Notes under the pieces: generated by a model
The model's database searches: none
What the model was told of the DNA's origin: nothing
What the model saw: the letters and a program-made list of their open reading frames with translations, nothing else
Origin: an uncultured bacterium
GTDB lineage: Bacteria; Krumholzibacteriota; Krumholzibacteriia; LZORAL124-64-63
Direction: 5' to 3'
Length of the DNA: 64,000 nt
NCBI GenBank assembly: GCA_963727525.1
Contig: CAVSGO010000007.1
Location: 256,001-320,000, forward strand
Translations under genes and position numbers: made by a program
Part shown: one piece after another, positions 30,308 to 40,304 of the stretch
Numbering within the stretch: the stretch's first letter is position 1
How the letters are laid out: every line of letters begins with the position of its first letter

Positions 30308-31018
30308 ATGGCAACCGACAACCGTGGCACCGTGTCTCCCGCTGCCATCATTTTCGACCTCGATGGCACCCTCATTGACTCTGGATCGGACATCGCCCAC
30401 GCGGCGAACGCGGCGCGGGAGGCCGTCGGTCTGCCGCCGCTGGCGACGGAGACGGTCGTGGGCTACGTGGGTGATGGCGTGGAGATGCTGCTGAGGCGCA
30501 TGCTTGCGCACGGGCGCGGCGGGGAGCGCCCCGGGGCCGCTGTCGACGCCGACCGGCTCACGGCAGCTCTCGCCGCGTTCCAGGCTCATTACGCGCTCCA
30601 CTGTCTCGACCACACCCGTGGCTATCCGGGCGTCGAGGCCATGCTCCACGCGTGTGTCGGTCGGTCTCTGAGTGTGGCGACCAACAAGCCACGCGCCTTC
30701 AGTCTCCAGATCCTGTCGGGGCTCGGCCTGGAGCGCCATTTTGCTCGCGTCGTGGGGGGAGACGACGCGCCGGCCCGCAAACCCGACCCGCGTCATCTGA
30801 TGGCCTGCCTGGCGGGGCTCGACGTGGATCCTGCGCAGGTGGCGGTGGTGGGCGACAGCCCGAATGACGTGCGTGCCGCGCATGCGCTGGGAGCGGTGGC
30901 AGTGGCCGTCACGTATGGCCTCACGAGTGCCGAGCGGTTACGGGCGAGCGGGCCCGACCTCGTCGTCGCCCGCGTCTGCGACCTGCCCGCCGCCCTCGGC
31001 CTCGGCCGCCGCGGCTGA
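30308..31018 (+). CDS. gph: HAD hydrolase, phosphoglycolate phosphatase-like
   Basis: FDLDGTLIDS, TNKP, KPDP, VGDSPND. Confidence 0.85.
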   Translation: MATDNRGTVSPAAIIFDLDGTLIDSGSDIAHAANAAREAVGLPPLATETVVGYVGDGVEMLLRRMLAHGRGGERPGAAVDADRLTAALAAFQAHYALHCLDHTRGYPGVEAMLHACVGRSLSVATNKPRAFSLQILSGLGLERHFARVVGGDDAPARKPDPRHLMACLAGLDVDPAQVAVVGDSPNDVRAAHALGAVAVAVTYGLTSAERLRASGPDLVVARVCDLPAALGLGRRG

Positions 31019-34000
31019 CGGCGGCGCGAGCTGCTCCAGTGTCGCCTCCTGCCGGTAGCCGGCCATCCTGGCGGCGTCGCATAGGCACCGGGCGGCGTCG
31101 GCGGCGTCCTTATCGTCACCGTCGGCGCGTAGCGCGGCCGTGTCGCGCACGAGCACCACGAGCGCCTCGAAACGCTCCCTGCTGAAGTACCACACGCCGT
31201 CGAAGCGGTTGCTCTGCAGGTAGGCCTGCGCGTCGGGATCGAGGAAGAGCTTGCGTGTGGTCTCCGCAAGGGAAGGCGCCGCGTCGAGCAGGTCGCCGTG
31301 GCGGCCGAGCAGCACCGCGAGTGGCCCCGCGGCCTCGCGCAGGGCGGTGTTGGACAGGGAGCCGGCGATCCCGGGCATGGCGCGGTCGAGGAGGAGCACG
31401 AGGTCGTCGGCCTCGAGGCGCTGGATCGCGTCCGCGGTCCCGGAGGTGTCGAGCACTTCGGTCAGCCAGCGGAGTTGCAGCGCCAGGTAGGCCAGGACGC
31501 GCGCGTCGGCCGCCCGGATGGCCGTCGCCTGCGTGGCCGCCGTGGCGGGCTTCTTCGCGGCGACCTCACCAGTATCCGAGGGTTCGCCCAGAGGTGCGAG
31601 CGCTGCCATGATGCGTGTCTCGTCGGGAACGGCAGCGGCCGAGGATGAGCCGGACACGGCGGCCGCAGCCACCAGCGTCTCCCGCAGCAGCCGGGACAGA
31701 GCAGCACTGTCGTCGTCGCGGCCGCTGCGCAGCCGTGCGAGAGCGGAGGGCGCATTCGCCTCCGCGAATGGACCGAGGACCGGGGCCAGGATCAGCTCGC
31801 GCCGCGCGCGGCGCAGGCTGGGCACGGGGCGTCCGTCCAGCCGGCCGTGCAGCTCTCGCCAGAGACCGTCCGTATCATCGAGTTCGCGGAATTCGAGGAA
31901 GACGTGCACCTCGTACCCGCGGAGCTGGGCGAACATGCCCTCCCGCGCCAACTCCTCGCCAGAGCGCAGGTACTCCTGGCCTCCCACGCCATCACGGAAG
32001 CGGTAGAATCGGTTCGGCCCGGTGTCCAGCGCGAGCGCCTCGGTGAGCGACCGCTGCACAAGGCGCGGATCCTCCGTGTCGCCGGCCACGTTGATCGCCG
32101 TCGACGTGTGGATGCGCCCGGACGTGTTGCTGTACGCGTTGTTGTAGAGGACGACAGCGCGGTCTTGTCCGTGGCGATTGGTGTAGGCGAACACATTCTC
32201 GTCGACGCCGCCCTCGGGTGTCACGAAGTCGAAGAGCGCGAAGTTCTCGGCGCCGCTGAACAGCCCGCGCTGGTGCAGCAGGGGGGAGATCTCGCGTTCG
32301 TGGCGGTGCACCATGTCCATGTCGACGGGTTCGTCCCAGTACGCCCGTCGATACTCCATGCCATACTTCTCGGCGAAGCCCTCGATCTGGCCATGCCCGA
32401 ACATGGGCAGGCCCGGCATGGTCGCCATGAGAATGGCCACACCGAAATACTTGTCGCCCTTGCCGAACTGCTCCACGGCGGTGCGCTCGTCGGGGTTGTT
32501 CATGAAGTTCACGAAGCGTTGCAGCACGGCGGGGCTGAACGCGAGCACGTTCTTCACCGTCTGCCGGTACTTCCCGTTCTCTTCCATCTTCAGCATGTTC
32601 ATGAACGCACTGTTGTACACACGATGCATGCCGAGGGTGCGCACGAAGTAGCCCTCCATGAGCCAGAAGGCTTCGGCCAGCAGCAACGTGTCGGGTACCT
32701 CGGCGGCCACCCGGTCGACGACCTCGCGCCAGAACTCCTTTGGCATGTGCGCGAGGAAGTCCTCGCGGCTCATGCCGTGCTCGGCGCGGGAGGGGATGGC
32801 GCCCGCATCGCCGGGCGCGGGAAACCACAGACGCTGGAAGTGCTTGCGGGCCAGGGTCATGGCTGCGTCGAAGCGGATGATCGGGAACCTGCGGGCGACG
32901 TGCAGGATGGTCTGGATCACGGCCTCGCGCACGTCGGCGCGGGTGAAGTCGAGTTGGGCCGTGTCGTTCCAGGGCATGCTCGTGCCGTCGTTGCCGTGGT
33001 AGATGTAGCGGTTCTCGCCGTTGCGGGTGTCGCGCCGCTCGAACACGACGGCCGCGTCGGTGCGATGCCAGTAGCCCTCCTCGATGCGAACCTCGACGTC
33101 GGAGTGATCGCAGAGATCGCCGCCGGTGAAGCGGTACGCGGGGAACGGTGGTCGCGGCGACTGCAGGAACCAGTCGGGATGCTCGATCACCCAGCGCGAG
33201 TCGATGCCCATGTGATTGGGCACCATGTCGCTCGCGAGCCTGATGCCGCGCTGCCAGGCGCGCTCGCGCAGGTTCGCGTACGCTTCGTCACCGCCGAGAT
33301 CGTCGGCGATGCGGTACTCGTCGAGGGAGTAGGCCGAGGCCACGGCTTCGGGGTTGCCCTGGTACTGCTTGATCTTGCGCGAGGCCTCCGAACGCTGCCA
33401 CAGACCGATCAGCCACAGCCCGGTGAAGCCCCAGGCGGCGAGGCGGTCGAGCTCCTCGTCGGGGATGTCGGCGAGCGTGCGCACCGGGCGGCCGTGCCGC
33501 TTCGAGAGCTGATCGAGCCATACGTAGGTGCTCTTGGCGATGAGCACGACGTTGCTCATCCAGTCGGCGTCGCGGCTGAACGCGGCCGGTTCGGCGAACG
33601 ACCCGGCCTCGGAGCCGCCGAAGGTGAGCACCGGCGGCGGGCCGTATTCGGGGGCGCGGTGCAGATCCATCTCGCGCATCAGGTCGCGCGCGAGATCGAT
33701 TCGCGCCAGCATCTCCGGCGGCAAGATGGCGGCCCAGTGCGCGCGGATGAAGGCGAGCTGTCCCTCGAGGCTGTCGGGGCTGGCCAGGATCGGCGCTCGC
33801 AGCGTGTGGAACAGCGTCTTGCCGCTCACGCCCGAGGGTTCCTCGCGATCGAAGAATTCCTCGAAGCTGACGACCACCGGTACGTAGCCCGCGCGCCGCT
33901 GCAGCTCCTCGTCGTCGAACAGCTCGCGCAGGGGGCGGGTCGCGGGATTGCGCATCATCAGGTAGAGCAGGATCGACTCCACCGCCACGCGCCCGGACAC

Positions 34001-34456
34001 GCCCAGCACAGCCTCTCCGTCCACCAGCCAGGCGTCGCGCGGCTTGAGCCCCGCGGCCACGGTTCCCGGGGGAAAGAGCTGGACGAACTCGGGAAACAGG
34101 CGGTCCACCGTCGCCTCGCCCACCCGCTGGCGGGCCCAGGCCAGGACGCGGGTGATGGCGTCCGGGCGTTCGTGGATGCAGTAGTGCAGCGCCATGAAGC
34201 GCATGGCGTCGTTCAGGACGCCGAGCGACAGCAGCTGTTCGGCGTGGATCGGCACGAAGGTGCGCCCCGTGGACGGCGGCCGCTCGTTGAAACGATCGGC
34301 GAGTCGCCGCACCGCATATCGGATGTTGTCAGGCCCGAAAGGCAGCTCGTGCGCCAGCAGACGGACGATCGTGAACTCGTCCCAGCCCCGCTGCGATAGC
34401 TGGAATCCGAAGGGAAAGTAGGCATTGACGAGATCGCGCAGACTCGAAGGCGGCAC
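30938..34456 (-). CDS. Large alpha-amylase family (GH13) protein
   Basis: DMVPNH, WNDTAQL, RFDAAM, LLAEAFW, NNPDE; 3' end overlaps gph by 81 nt. Confidence 0.9.
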   Translation of the reverse strand: MPPSSLRDLVNAYFPFGFQLSQRGWDEFTIVRLLAHELPFGPDNIRYAVRRLADRFNERPPSTGRTFVPIHAEQLLSLGVLNDAMRFMALHYCIHERPDAITRVLAWARQRVGEATVDRLFPEFVQLFPPGTVAAGLKPRDAWLVDGEAVLGVSGRVAVESILLYLMMRNPATRPLRELFDDEELQRRAGYVPVVVSFEEFFDREEPSGVSGKTLFHTLRAPILASPDSLEGQLAFIRAHWAAILPPEMLARIDLARDLMREMDLHRAPEYGPPPVLTFGGSEAGSFAEPAAFSRDADWMSNVVLIAKSTYVWLDQLSKRHGRPVRTLADIPDEELDRLAAWGFTGLWLIGLWQRSEASRKIKQYQGNPEAVASAYSLDEYRIADDLGGDEAYANLRERAWQRGIRLASDMVPNHMGIDSRWVIEHPDWFLQSPRPPFPAYRFTGGDLCDHSDVEVRIEEGYWHRTDAAVVFERRDTRNGENRYIYHGNDGTSMPWNDTAQLDFTRADVREAVIQTILHVARRFPIIRFDAAMTLARKHFQRLWFPAPGDAGAIPSRAEHGMSREDFLAHMPKEFWREVVDRVAAEVPDTLLLAEAFWLMEGYFVRTLGMHRVYNSAFMNMLKMEENGKYRQTVKNVLAFSPAVLQRFVNFMNNPDERTAVEQFGKGDKYFGVAILMATMPGLPMFGHGQIEGFAEKYGMEYRRAYWDEPVDMDMVHRHEREISPLLHQRGLFSGAENFALFDFVTPEGGVDENVFAYTNRHGQDRAVVLYNNAYSNTSGRIHTSTAINVAGDTEDPRLVQRSLTEALALDTGPNRFYRFRDGVGGQEYLRSGEELAREGMFAQLRGYEVHVFLEFRELDDTDGLWRELHGRLDGRPVPSLRRARRELILAPVLGPFAEANAPSALARLRSGRDDDSAALSRLLRETLVAAAAVSGSSSAAAVPDETRIMAALAPLGEPSDTGEVAAKKPATAATQATAIRAADARVLAYLALQLRWLTEVLDTSGTADAIQRLEADDLVLLLDRAMPGIAGSLSNTALREAAGPLAVLLGRHGDLLDAAPSLAETTRKLFLDPDAQAYLQSNRFDGVWYFSRERFEALVVLVRDTAALRADGDDKDAADAARCLCDAARMAGYRQEATLEQLAPPSAAAAEAEGGGQVADAGDDEVGPARP

Positions 34457-34665
34457 GGTGGACCTTTCGACATGGTATGCAAGTGCACGGGAGCCTCTCC
34501 TTACCAGTCTAACCCAGGAAGCCGGGGCGTAAAGGCGAACAGCGGTATCTAGGTTGGCAGGACGGGGAATCCCGGGTTGGGCAACCGGCCCCCGACGTGG
34601 TAAATTCGAGGCGGACGACGGATCCCGAGAGGTTCGATCTCAATGCCGGGAAAGCGGAGGACGCG

Positions 34666-36450
34666 ATGCCTTGCAACGATATGGCCAAGAAGAATCTCAT
34701 CGCCCAGTGGGCCTTCGACACGCGCCCGATCCTGGGCCGATTCCACCTGTGGCTCGAGGACGTCGAGGTCGAATGGATTTCCGGGGATGGTTCCCGCGAG
34801 CTGCGGGACGTGATCTCCTTCGTGGGCGGGGCCATGGAGCGGCTGTTCATGATGACGGCGTGTGTCACGGCCCTGGGCACCCGGCTCTTCGGCCGTTACG
34901 GCGAGGGCAAGGGGCTCGACAAGCAAGGGCTCAACCGGGTCAAGAAGGACGCCGACGCGATCTCGGCCTACGTCATGAGCGAGTGCCTGTGGTACCTCAC
35001 GCGCAATCTCCCCGAGAACCACGCGGTGATGGTGTGCCTCGGCGAGGGCCTCATGCCCAAGGCCGGCGAGACGCCCGAGATGGGCAGCAATCCCATGCTC
35101 GGCTTCGGTCGCATCTATGCCCGCCCCGAGGTCGCCAAGTTCCTCGACCGGCAGGTCCAGAAGCTCATCAACAACCATGACTCGTGGCAGGATTTCCAGA
35201 GCCGCATCGACCAGGCCGGCATCACCATCTGGGGTGCGGCGATCGACACGCTCGAGAACACGAGCCGCTTCGCGACGGGCGCGACCACGGGCCCGCTGGC
35301 GGTATTGCACGTCTTCGACCAGCCTCTCTCGGTGACCAAACCCTACGAGGGCTACATGGGCAATCTCATCCTGCCGCGCGCCGTGTCGGACGCGGCTGCC
35401 CACGAGTCGCTCCTGATCGACTTCCACACGCCGCGGGAGAAGGTGCTCCACGCCTGCCAGAAGGCCTGGCCCGACCTGCAGCCCCGGAATGTCCACGTGT
35501 GGACCCTGGGCGGCAAGAGCCGTGCCGACCGTATCGGCGACCTCTGGCGGGAGTGGCAGGACGTGGGCGTGCACGTGGCGGAGGACGGCTGGACGCTTCC
35601 CAGCGGTCAGGGCCTCTTCAACGAGTCTGGCACCTACTCGCCCACCCAGATCGTGCGCACCTGGCTCGACGGCGACGGCACGCGCCACCTCTTCCTCGTC
35701 GATGGCTATGCCGCCTCGGCCGAGGCCATGCAGGCGGCGAGCCTGGCGCCGTGCCACGACATCGACGTCTATCTCGCGGTCTTCAGCTCGTCGTTCAAGC
35801 TGCCGTTCCGCAAGGAGGCCGAGGTGATGCAGCTCGACCCGGCGAGCCCCGACTTCGCCACCAAGCTCGGGGACATCCTCGGCGAGCCTGTGGATGCGGC
35901 GACGGAGAAGACCTTCAAGGGGTACATCCACGAGGTCGTCGACGCGAACATCCCCCTCAACAAGCGCTACCTTACCGCCGACGACTTCCTGCCCCGCAAA
36001 CGCTGGGACGTGATGGCCCTCTCGGGTTTCATGCTCGACGACCCCTACGTCGGGGCGCCGGGTGTGCTGCGCGTGGATGACGACACCTACAAGGTCACCG
36101 TCCGGCTGTCCACGCCCCGCGGCATCAAGCGCGTGACCCTCACCCTGCGCTTCATGGAGCCGCCGGAGGTGCGCCGCCTGGTCTGCAATCCACTCCTGAA
36201 CCGCTTCCTCAAGGGGGAGGACTACGAGGAACGGCCAGTGAAGATCTCGGACAGCGGACGTATTCGCAACGAGTTGCAGACGCTCTGTTCCGAAGCGCTC
36301 GAGCATTTCGGCGAGAGCGGGGTTCGGGTGCGGTTCGATCGCATCCCGGCCGACGTGATCAGCCCGGCCGACCAGAAGCGGCTGCAGCAGATCCTGCGCT
36401 GGTACAAGGCCAATCACCCCATCTGGTTCAGCTGGCTCGATCTGGCCTGA
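34666..36450 (+). CDS. Divergent GlpX (class II FBPase)-like protein with C-terminal extension
   Basis: KKDADA..M, VCLGEG..PML, IDTLENT..ATG..LAVL, YMGNLIL, IDFHTP, GKSR, DG, GYAASAE are collinear with GlpX motifs; GGAGG RBS. Confidence 0.65.
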   Translation: MPCNDMAKKNLIAQWAFDTRPILGRFHLWLEDVEVEWISGDGSRELRDVISFVGGAMERLFMMTACVTALGTRLFGRYGEGKGLDKQGLNRVKKDADAISAYVMSECLWYLTRNLPENHAVMVCLGEGLMPKAGETPEMGSNPMLGFGRIYARPEVAKFLDRQVQKLINNHDSWQDFQSRIDQAGITIWGAAIDTLENTSRFATGATTGPLAVLHVFDQPLSVTKPYEGYMGNLILPRAVSDAAAHESLLIDFHTPREKVLHACQKAWPDLQPRNVHVWTLGGKSRADRIGDLWREWQDVGVHVAEDGWTLPSGQGLFNESGTYSPTQIVRTWLDGDGTRHLFLVDGYAASAEAMQAASLAPCHDIDVYLAVFSSSFKLPFRKEAEVMQLDPASPDFATKLGDILGEPVDAATEKTFKGYIHEVVDANIPLNKRYLTADDFLPRKRWDVMALSGFMLDDPYVGAPGVLRVDDDTYKVTVRLSTPRGIKRVTLTLRFMEPPEVRRLVCNPLLNRFLKGEDYEERPVKISDSGRIRNELQTLCSEALEHFGESGVRVRFDRIPADVISPADQKRLQQILRWYKANHPIWFSWLDLA

Positions 36451-36471
36451 CCCTGCCTTTCACCCCGATTA

Positions 36472-36507
36472 TGGAGCGCCCTGGGATTCTTGGCACAGGG
36501 CGCTCCA
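36472..36507 (+). terminator. Hairpin downstream of the GlpX-like gene
   Basis: TGGAGCGCCCTG-N12-CAGGGCGCTCCA. Confidence 0.5.
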
Positions 36508-36725
36508 CTCATCAGTGCCAGCGTCGATCTCAAGTCCGCACCGCCGCTGACCTCGCCGCCGCGACCTCGACATGCGGGCCCAGGAACTGGCGTCGGCCGC
36601 AGCGGACCTCGTCCTGCCCCTGGGAGAGCAGGGGCAGGCGGTAGGCAGAGATGCACGCGATAGCATCGACAGGTTGTGCGAGCTCTGCTACGCTTGTCCC
36701 GGTACGCTTGTCGCGGAGGTTCCAC

Positions 36726-37097
36726 ATGCCGCACTGCATTCTCGAGTTCTCGGACAACGTGGTCGATCGGCCGGATCTGCGCGCGGTTCTGGCCGCGATC
36801 CACGACGGTCTCATGTCCACCGGCATGTTCGTGTCGGGCGACATCAAGTGCCGGGCGATCGAGCACCGCGCTTACGTGGTGGGCGACGGAGCTGCCGATC
36901 GTACGTTCGTGACTCTCGATATCCAGGTGCTGTCCGGCAAGACCGACGATGCCAAGGCGGGTCTCGCCGAGCAGGCGTTGGCGGTACTCGAGCGATTCTA
37001 TCCGCATACGCTCGCAGAGTCCCGGTGCAGCCTCACGGTGCAGGTCACCGACATCCATGCTCCGAGCTACCGGCGTACGCGGACATATGAGTCCTGA
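36726..37097 (+). CDS. CHMI/tautomerase family protein
   Basis: Starts MPHCILEFS (catalytic Pro1), DIKCRA; GGAGG RBS. Confidence 0.88.
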   Translation: MPHCILEFSDNVVDRPDLRAVLAAIHDGLMSTGMFVSGDIKCRAIEHRAYVVGDGAADRTFVTLDIQVLSGKTDDAKAGLAEQALAVLERFYPHTLAESRCSLTVQVTDIHAPSYRRTRTYES

Positions 37098-37112
37098 CAG
37101 GAGGGATTCGCC

Positions 37113-37256
37113 ATGGTCACGGGCCATTGCGCACTCTGCGGTGCCACGAGGGAGATGGACGAGCTCACGACCTGCCAGGGGTGTGGCCGCAAGTACTGCA
37201 AGGAATGCAAGAGCACCACGACCATGCTGAACTACTGCCAGGACTGTTCGCCATGA
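37113..37256 (+). CDS. 47-aa protein with four CxxC motifs (not in ORF track)
   Basis: MVTGHCALCGATREMDELTTCQGCGRKYCKECKSTTTMLNYCQDCSP; AGGAGG RBS. Confidence 0.8.
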   Translation: MVTGHCALCGATREMDELTTCQGCGRKYCKECKSTTTMLNYCQDCSP

Positions 37257-37262
37257 CCGCTG

Positions 37263-37736
37263 TCACGGCTGGTGGATGAGCTCGACCACCGTCTGCAGAC
37301 CATCCACGTCGACCTGCGCGAACGCCGACTCTCGGTCACCGTCGACGTCGAGTACGGCGACGATACCGCCATCCCGGTCGCGCACGGGCACCACGACCTC
37401 GCTGCGCGAACGGCTGTCGCAGGCCACGTGACCGGGAAATGCGTGCACGTCGGGCACGAGCACGGGCTCGCCACGTTGCACCGCGGCCCAGCACACGCCC
37501 TGCGGTCCCGACAGCACGGCGCAGGCCAGTGGCCCCTGGTAGGGGCCGACGACGAGCCTCTCGCCCTGCACGCGGTAGAATCCGGTCCAGAAGAAGTAGG
37601 GAAACTTGTGGTGCAGGAGCGCGGCCGCCGTCGCCATGCGGGCGATGGGATCGGCCGTCTTCTGGTAGAGCTCAGCGAGCTGGGTCGCCACGCGCTCGTA
37701 ACGGTCGGCGAGCTGGATTGCGGATGCCGTGGCCAT
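37263..37736 (-). CDS. msrC: GAF-domain free methionine-R-sulfoxide reductase-like protein
   Basis: WTGFY, GPYQGPLAC, GVCW, DVHAFPGHVACD..SRSE; GGAGGAG RBS. Confidence 0.85.
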   Translation of the reverse strand: MATASAIQLADRYERVATQLAELYQKTADPIARMATAAALLHHKFPYFFWTGFYRVQGERLVVGPYQGPLACAVLSGPQGVCWAAVQRGEPVLVPDVHAFPGHVACDSRSRSEVVVPVRDRDGGIVAVLDVDGDRESAFAQVDVDGLQTVVELIHQP

Positions 37737-37891
37737 CATCTCCTCCGGGGCTGCGGCCGCCGATGCGGTCAGCCGTCCTGCCAAGGTACACATGAGGGCG
37801 CGCGCCGCGAGGTCGGGGCAGACATGAGGCCGATCCCCAGGTATCATCATGTGGGTCAGCCGCAACGTCACCCGTCAGCCCGGAGGCAGAC

Positions 37892-38401
37892 ATGGACGCC
37901 CTCGAGGCCCTTTTCACGCGGCGCAGCGTGCGCCAGTATACTGCCGAGCCCGTCAGCGACGAGCACGTGGAGACCTTGCTGAGAGCCGCCATGGCGGCGC
38001 CGTCGGCCGGCAACCAGCAGGTCTGGGAGCTGGTCGTGATCGACGACCGCCGGTTGCTGGATGCGATCCCGACGGTGCACCCTTACGCGCGCATGTGCAC
38101 CGAGGCGCCCCTGGCCATTGTCGTATGCGCCGATCCGGCGCGCGAGCGCTACGCCGGTTTCTGGGTGCAGGACTGCGCAGCCTCGGCGCAGAACGTCCTC
38201 ATCGCTGCGCATGCGCTGGGGCTGGGCGCGGTGTGGCTGGGGATCGATCCCCAGGGCGATCGCGCCGATGCGATTCGCGCATTGCTCGGGCTGCCTGAAC
38301 ACATCGAACCGCTGGCGATCGTGGCCATCGGCCATCCGCGCCTGCAGCCCGCACCCGAGGACCGTTACGATCTGCACAAGACACACCACAACGGCTGGTA
38401 G
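37892..38401 (+). CDS. Nitroreductase family protein
   Basis: RRSVRQY, APSAGNQQ, AHALGLGAVWLG. Confidence 0.93.
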   Translation: MDALEALFTRRSVRQYTAEPVSDEHVETLLRAAMAAPSAGNQQVWELVVIDDRRLLDAIPTVHPYARMCTEAPLAIVVCADPARERYAGFWVQDCAASAQNVLIAAHALGLGAVWLGIDPQGDRADAIRALLGLPEHIEPLAIVAIGHPRLQPAPEDRYDLHKTHHNGW

Positions 38402-38419
38402 CGCGCCCGGGCGCACCGA

Positions 38420-40303
38420 TCATGGCGCCGGCACCACGACGATAGGCGCGGCGTTCTGGTGCAGGGCCAGCGTGAGCATGGCGCGCAGTGCCGGGTAATC
38501 GTCAGGTTCCCAGCGGCCCGCGTCCAGCGAGAGCGAGCGGCGTACCGTCAAACCGTGCGCCGAACGCTCGCTGACCAGGTCGTACTTGCCGCGCGGACAG
38601 GTGGCTGATGCGCTGCGCGGCGCCGCGTCCACCATCAGGTTCTCGGGCAACCTGAGGGTTAGCGCGACCTCCTCGGCGTACGTCTCGTCGGCGAAGAGCG
38701 CGGTGGTACGCGCGGGTTGTTCGGCGTGGAATCCCGCCGGCAGGCGATCGAGTACGCCTGCCGGGGACAGCGGCAGGAGATAGATGGTCACGCCGCCGGT
38801 CGGTACCGCGAGGCGTGCGGCGCGGGCGTGCAGGCGCAGGTGGACCTCCCGGGGCGTGTCGCGACGCACGTCGAGGTCGGTGACCTCCGGTTCGACACCA
38901 AATCCGGCAGCCCAGGCGTGCGCGATTTCGTCGGCGGTTCCCAGACCCTCGCGCAGACCCCCAGTGAGCGTGAGGTCGATCTCGGCGGTCACGCCACCAT
39001 CGTCGCCCACGGTGATGGTGCCGGCAAGCCGACCGTGGGCACTGCCGGCGGGGACCGTCCACGTCCTGATGCCACCGCCTGCCTCGAGGAAGAGGCCCGT
39101 GCGTCCCGCGAGGTCGCAGGGGCCGGACCAGGGCGCATCCTTCTCGGGGGCGAGCCACCAGTTGTCCCCGTCCAGGGGAAAGACGAGGCGCGGGGTGACG
39201 AGCTGACTCAACGCGGCCACGTCCTTGGCCGGTTCGCGGGCCCGCGTGAAGAGGCCGAGCTCCGGCTGCAGGCCGGCCGCGCGCAGGAGCGCGAGCGCGA
39301 GGCACGCCTGCTCGATCGGCGTGGCGACAGCGGAGGCGTACACGTCGGCCACGGGGCGCGGCGCGCGCGACCACGTGCCCGTCGGCAACGCGATGCGGTG
39401 CACGCCCTCGTGCACGAGGGTGACGATGCGGCGCACCGTATCCTCTCTCGTGAGATCCTCACCCTCGGCGAGCCAGTCCCGCAGGTCGTCGCCGAGGTCG
39501 GCCGTGGCTGCCTCGACGGCGGTGCGCAGGGCGCCGGCAGCGTCGCGCCAGTCGTGCGTCCGGGCCACCACGATGCGCGCCAGCACGTCGCCGCGGGGGG
39601 CCTCGTCGCCCGTGGTCGGCACGGCGGGCAGATCGCGAAGATGCCAGACGCGGGAGCCGCCATCGTCGGACGTCGCCAGGCTCAGGCCTTCGCCATGCAG
39701 GAACGACGCCGCCACGTCGGCCGGCGTCACCCGCGCCGTGACCTTGCACACCGGCCAGCGGCCCTGCAACGCGACAACCGCCCCGGCGGGGCATGCCCCC
39801 GGGGCGCGGTCGCGGACCTCGTAGTCGAGATCGAGCACGCAACCCTCTTCGGTGCCCACGTGCGAGATCACCATCTCGCGCAGGTCGAGGAACGGTGCCG
39901 CCGCGGCGACCGCGTCGGGAGTGACCTCGTTGAAGGCATTGTCCGGGCTCGGGACCGCGGTGCCGTCGGCCATGAACGTGCGGCAGGTGTGGATGACGAG
40001 ATCCTGGCGGGTGCGGTCCCAGTCGACGCGCACGTCGCTGAGATTGCGCATTGCCCACTGCGTCTGCAGGCGGGTGACGACATGGTCGCGCCGCGTCAGC
40101 CGGCCGTCAGGCGCGAATGCGAGATCGATCTCGCGCCAGAGCACGACGGCGTCGGCGTCCGCGTAGGCGCTCGTCGGAGGCGCGGCAGCGATGAGGGCGG
40201 GCACGTCCAGGCCGGCGGCCAGCGCCGGTGCGCCGACGATGGGCACCAGCCAGAGGATCGCGAGGACGAGGATCAGGCAACGGAGGTCGCATCGCCGGGC
40301 CAT
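38420..40303 (-). CDS. Exported DUF3857/DUF3858 protein (degenerate transglutaminase-like partner)
   Basis: Signal peptide; ADAVVL, G.VLDLDYE; catalytic GxC motif absent. Confidence 0.7.
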   Translation of the reverse strand: MARRCDLRCLILVLAILWLVPIVGAPALAAGLDVPALIAAAPPTSAYADADAVVLWREIDLAFAPDGRLTRRDHVVTRLQTQWAMRNLSDVRVDWDRTRQDLVIHTCRTFMADGTAVPSPDNAFNEVTPDAVAAAAPFLDLREMVISHVGTEEGCVLDLDYEVRDRAPGACPAGAVVALQGRWPVCKVTARVTPADVAASFLHGEGLSLATSDDGGSRVWHLRDLPAVPTTGDEAPRGDVLARIVVARTHDWRDAAGALRTAVEAATADLGDDLRDWLAEGEDLTREDTVRRIVTLVHEGVHRIALPTGTWSRAPRPVADVYASAVATPIEQACLALALLRAAGLQPELGLFTRAREPAKDVAALSQLVTPRLVFPLDGDNWWLAPEKDAPWSGPCDLAGRTGLFLEAGGGIRTWTVPAGSAHGRLAGTITVGDDGGVTAEIDLTLTGGLREGLGTADEIAHAWAAGFGVEPEVTDLDVRRDTPREVHLRLHARAARLAVPTGGVTIYLLPLSPAGVLDRLPAGFHAEQPARTTALFADETYAEEVALTLRLPENLMVDAAPRSASATCPRGKYDLVSERSAHGLTVRRSLSLDAGRWEPDDYPALRAMLTLALHQNAAPIVVVPAP

Positions 40304-40304
40304 G

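Noticed and set aside
30236-30883. N-terminal extension of the SPOR ORF
   Set aside because: It is antisense to gph; the RBS supports a start at 30235.
34213-34488. AAGGAG-preceded alternative-frame ORF overlapping the GH13 start
   Set aside because: The product has no recognisable features, and the GH13 GTG has its own GAAAGG; no evidence for a frameshift.
36510-36720. Intergenic hairpin CCTGCCCCTG/CAGGGGCAGG as an ncRNA
   Set aside because: A single GC-rich stem with no recognisable riboswitch or sRNA motif.
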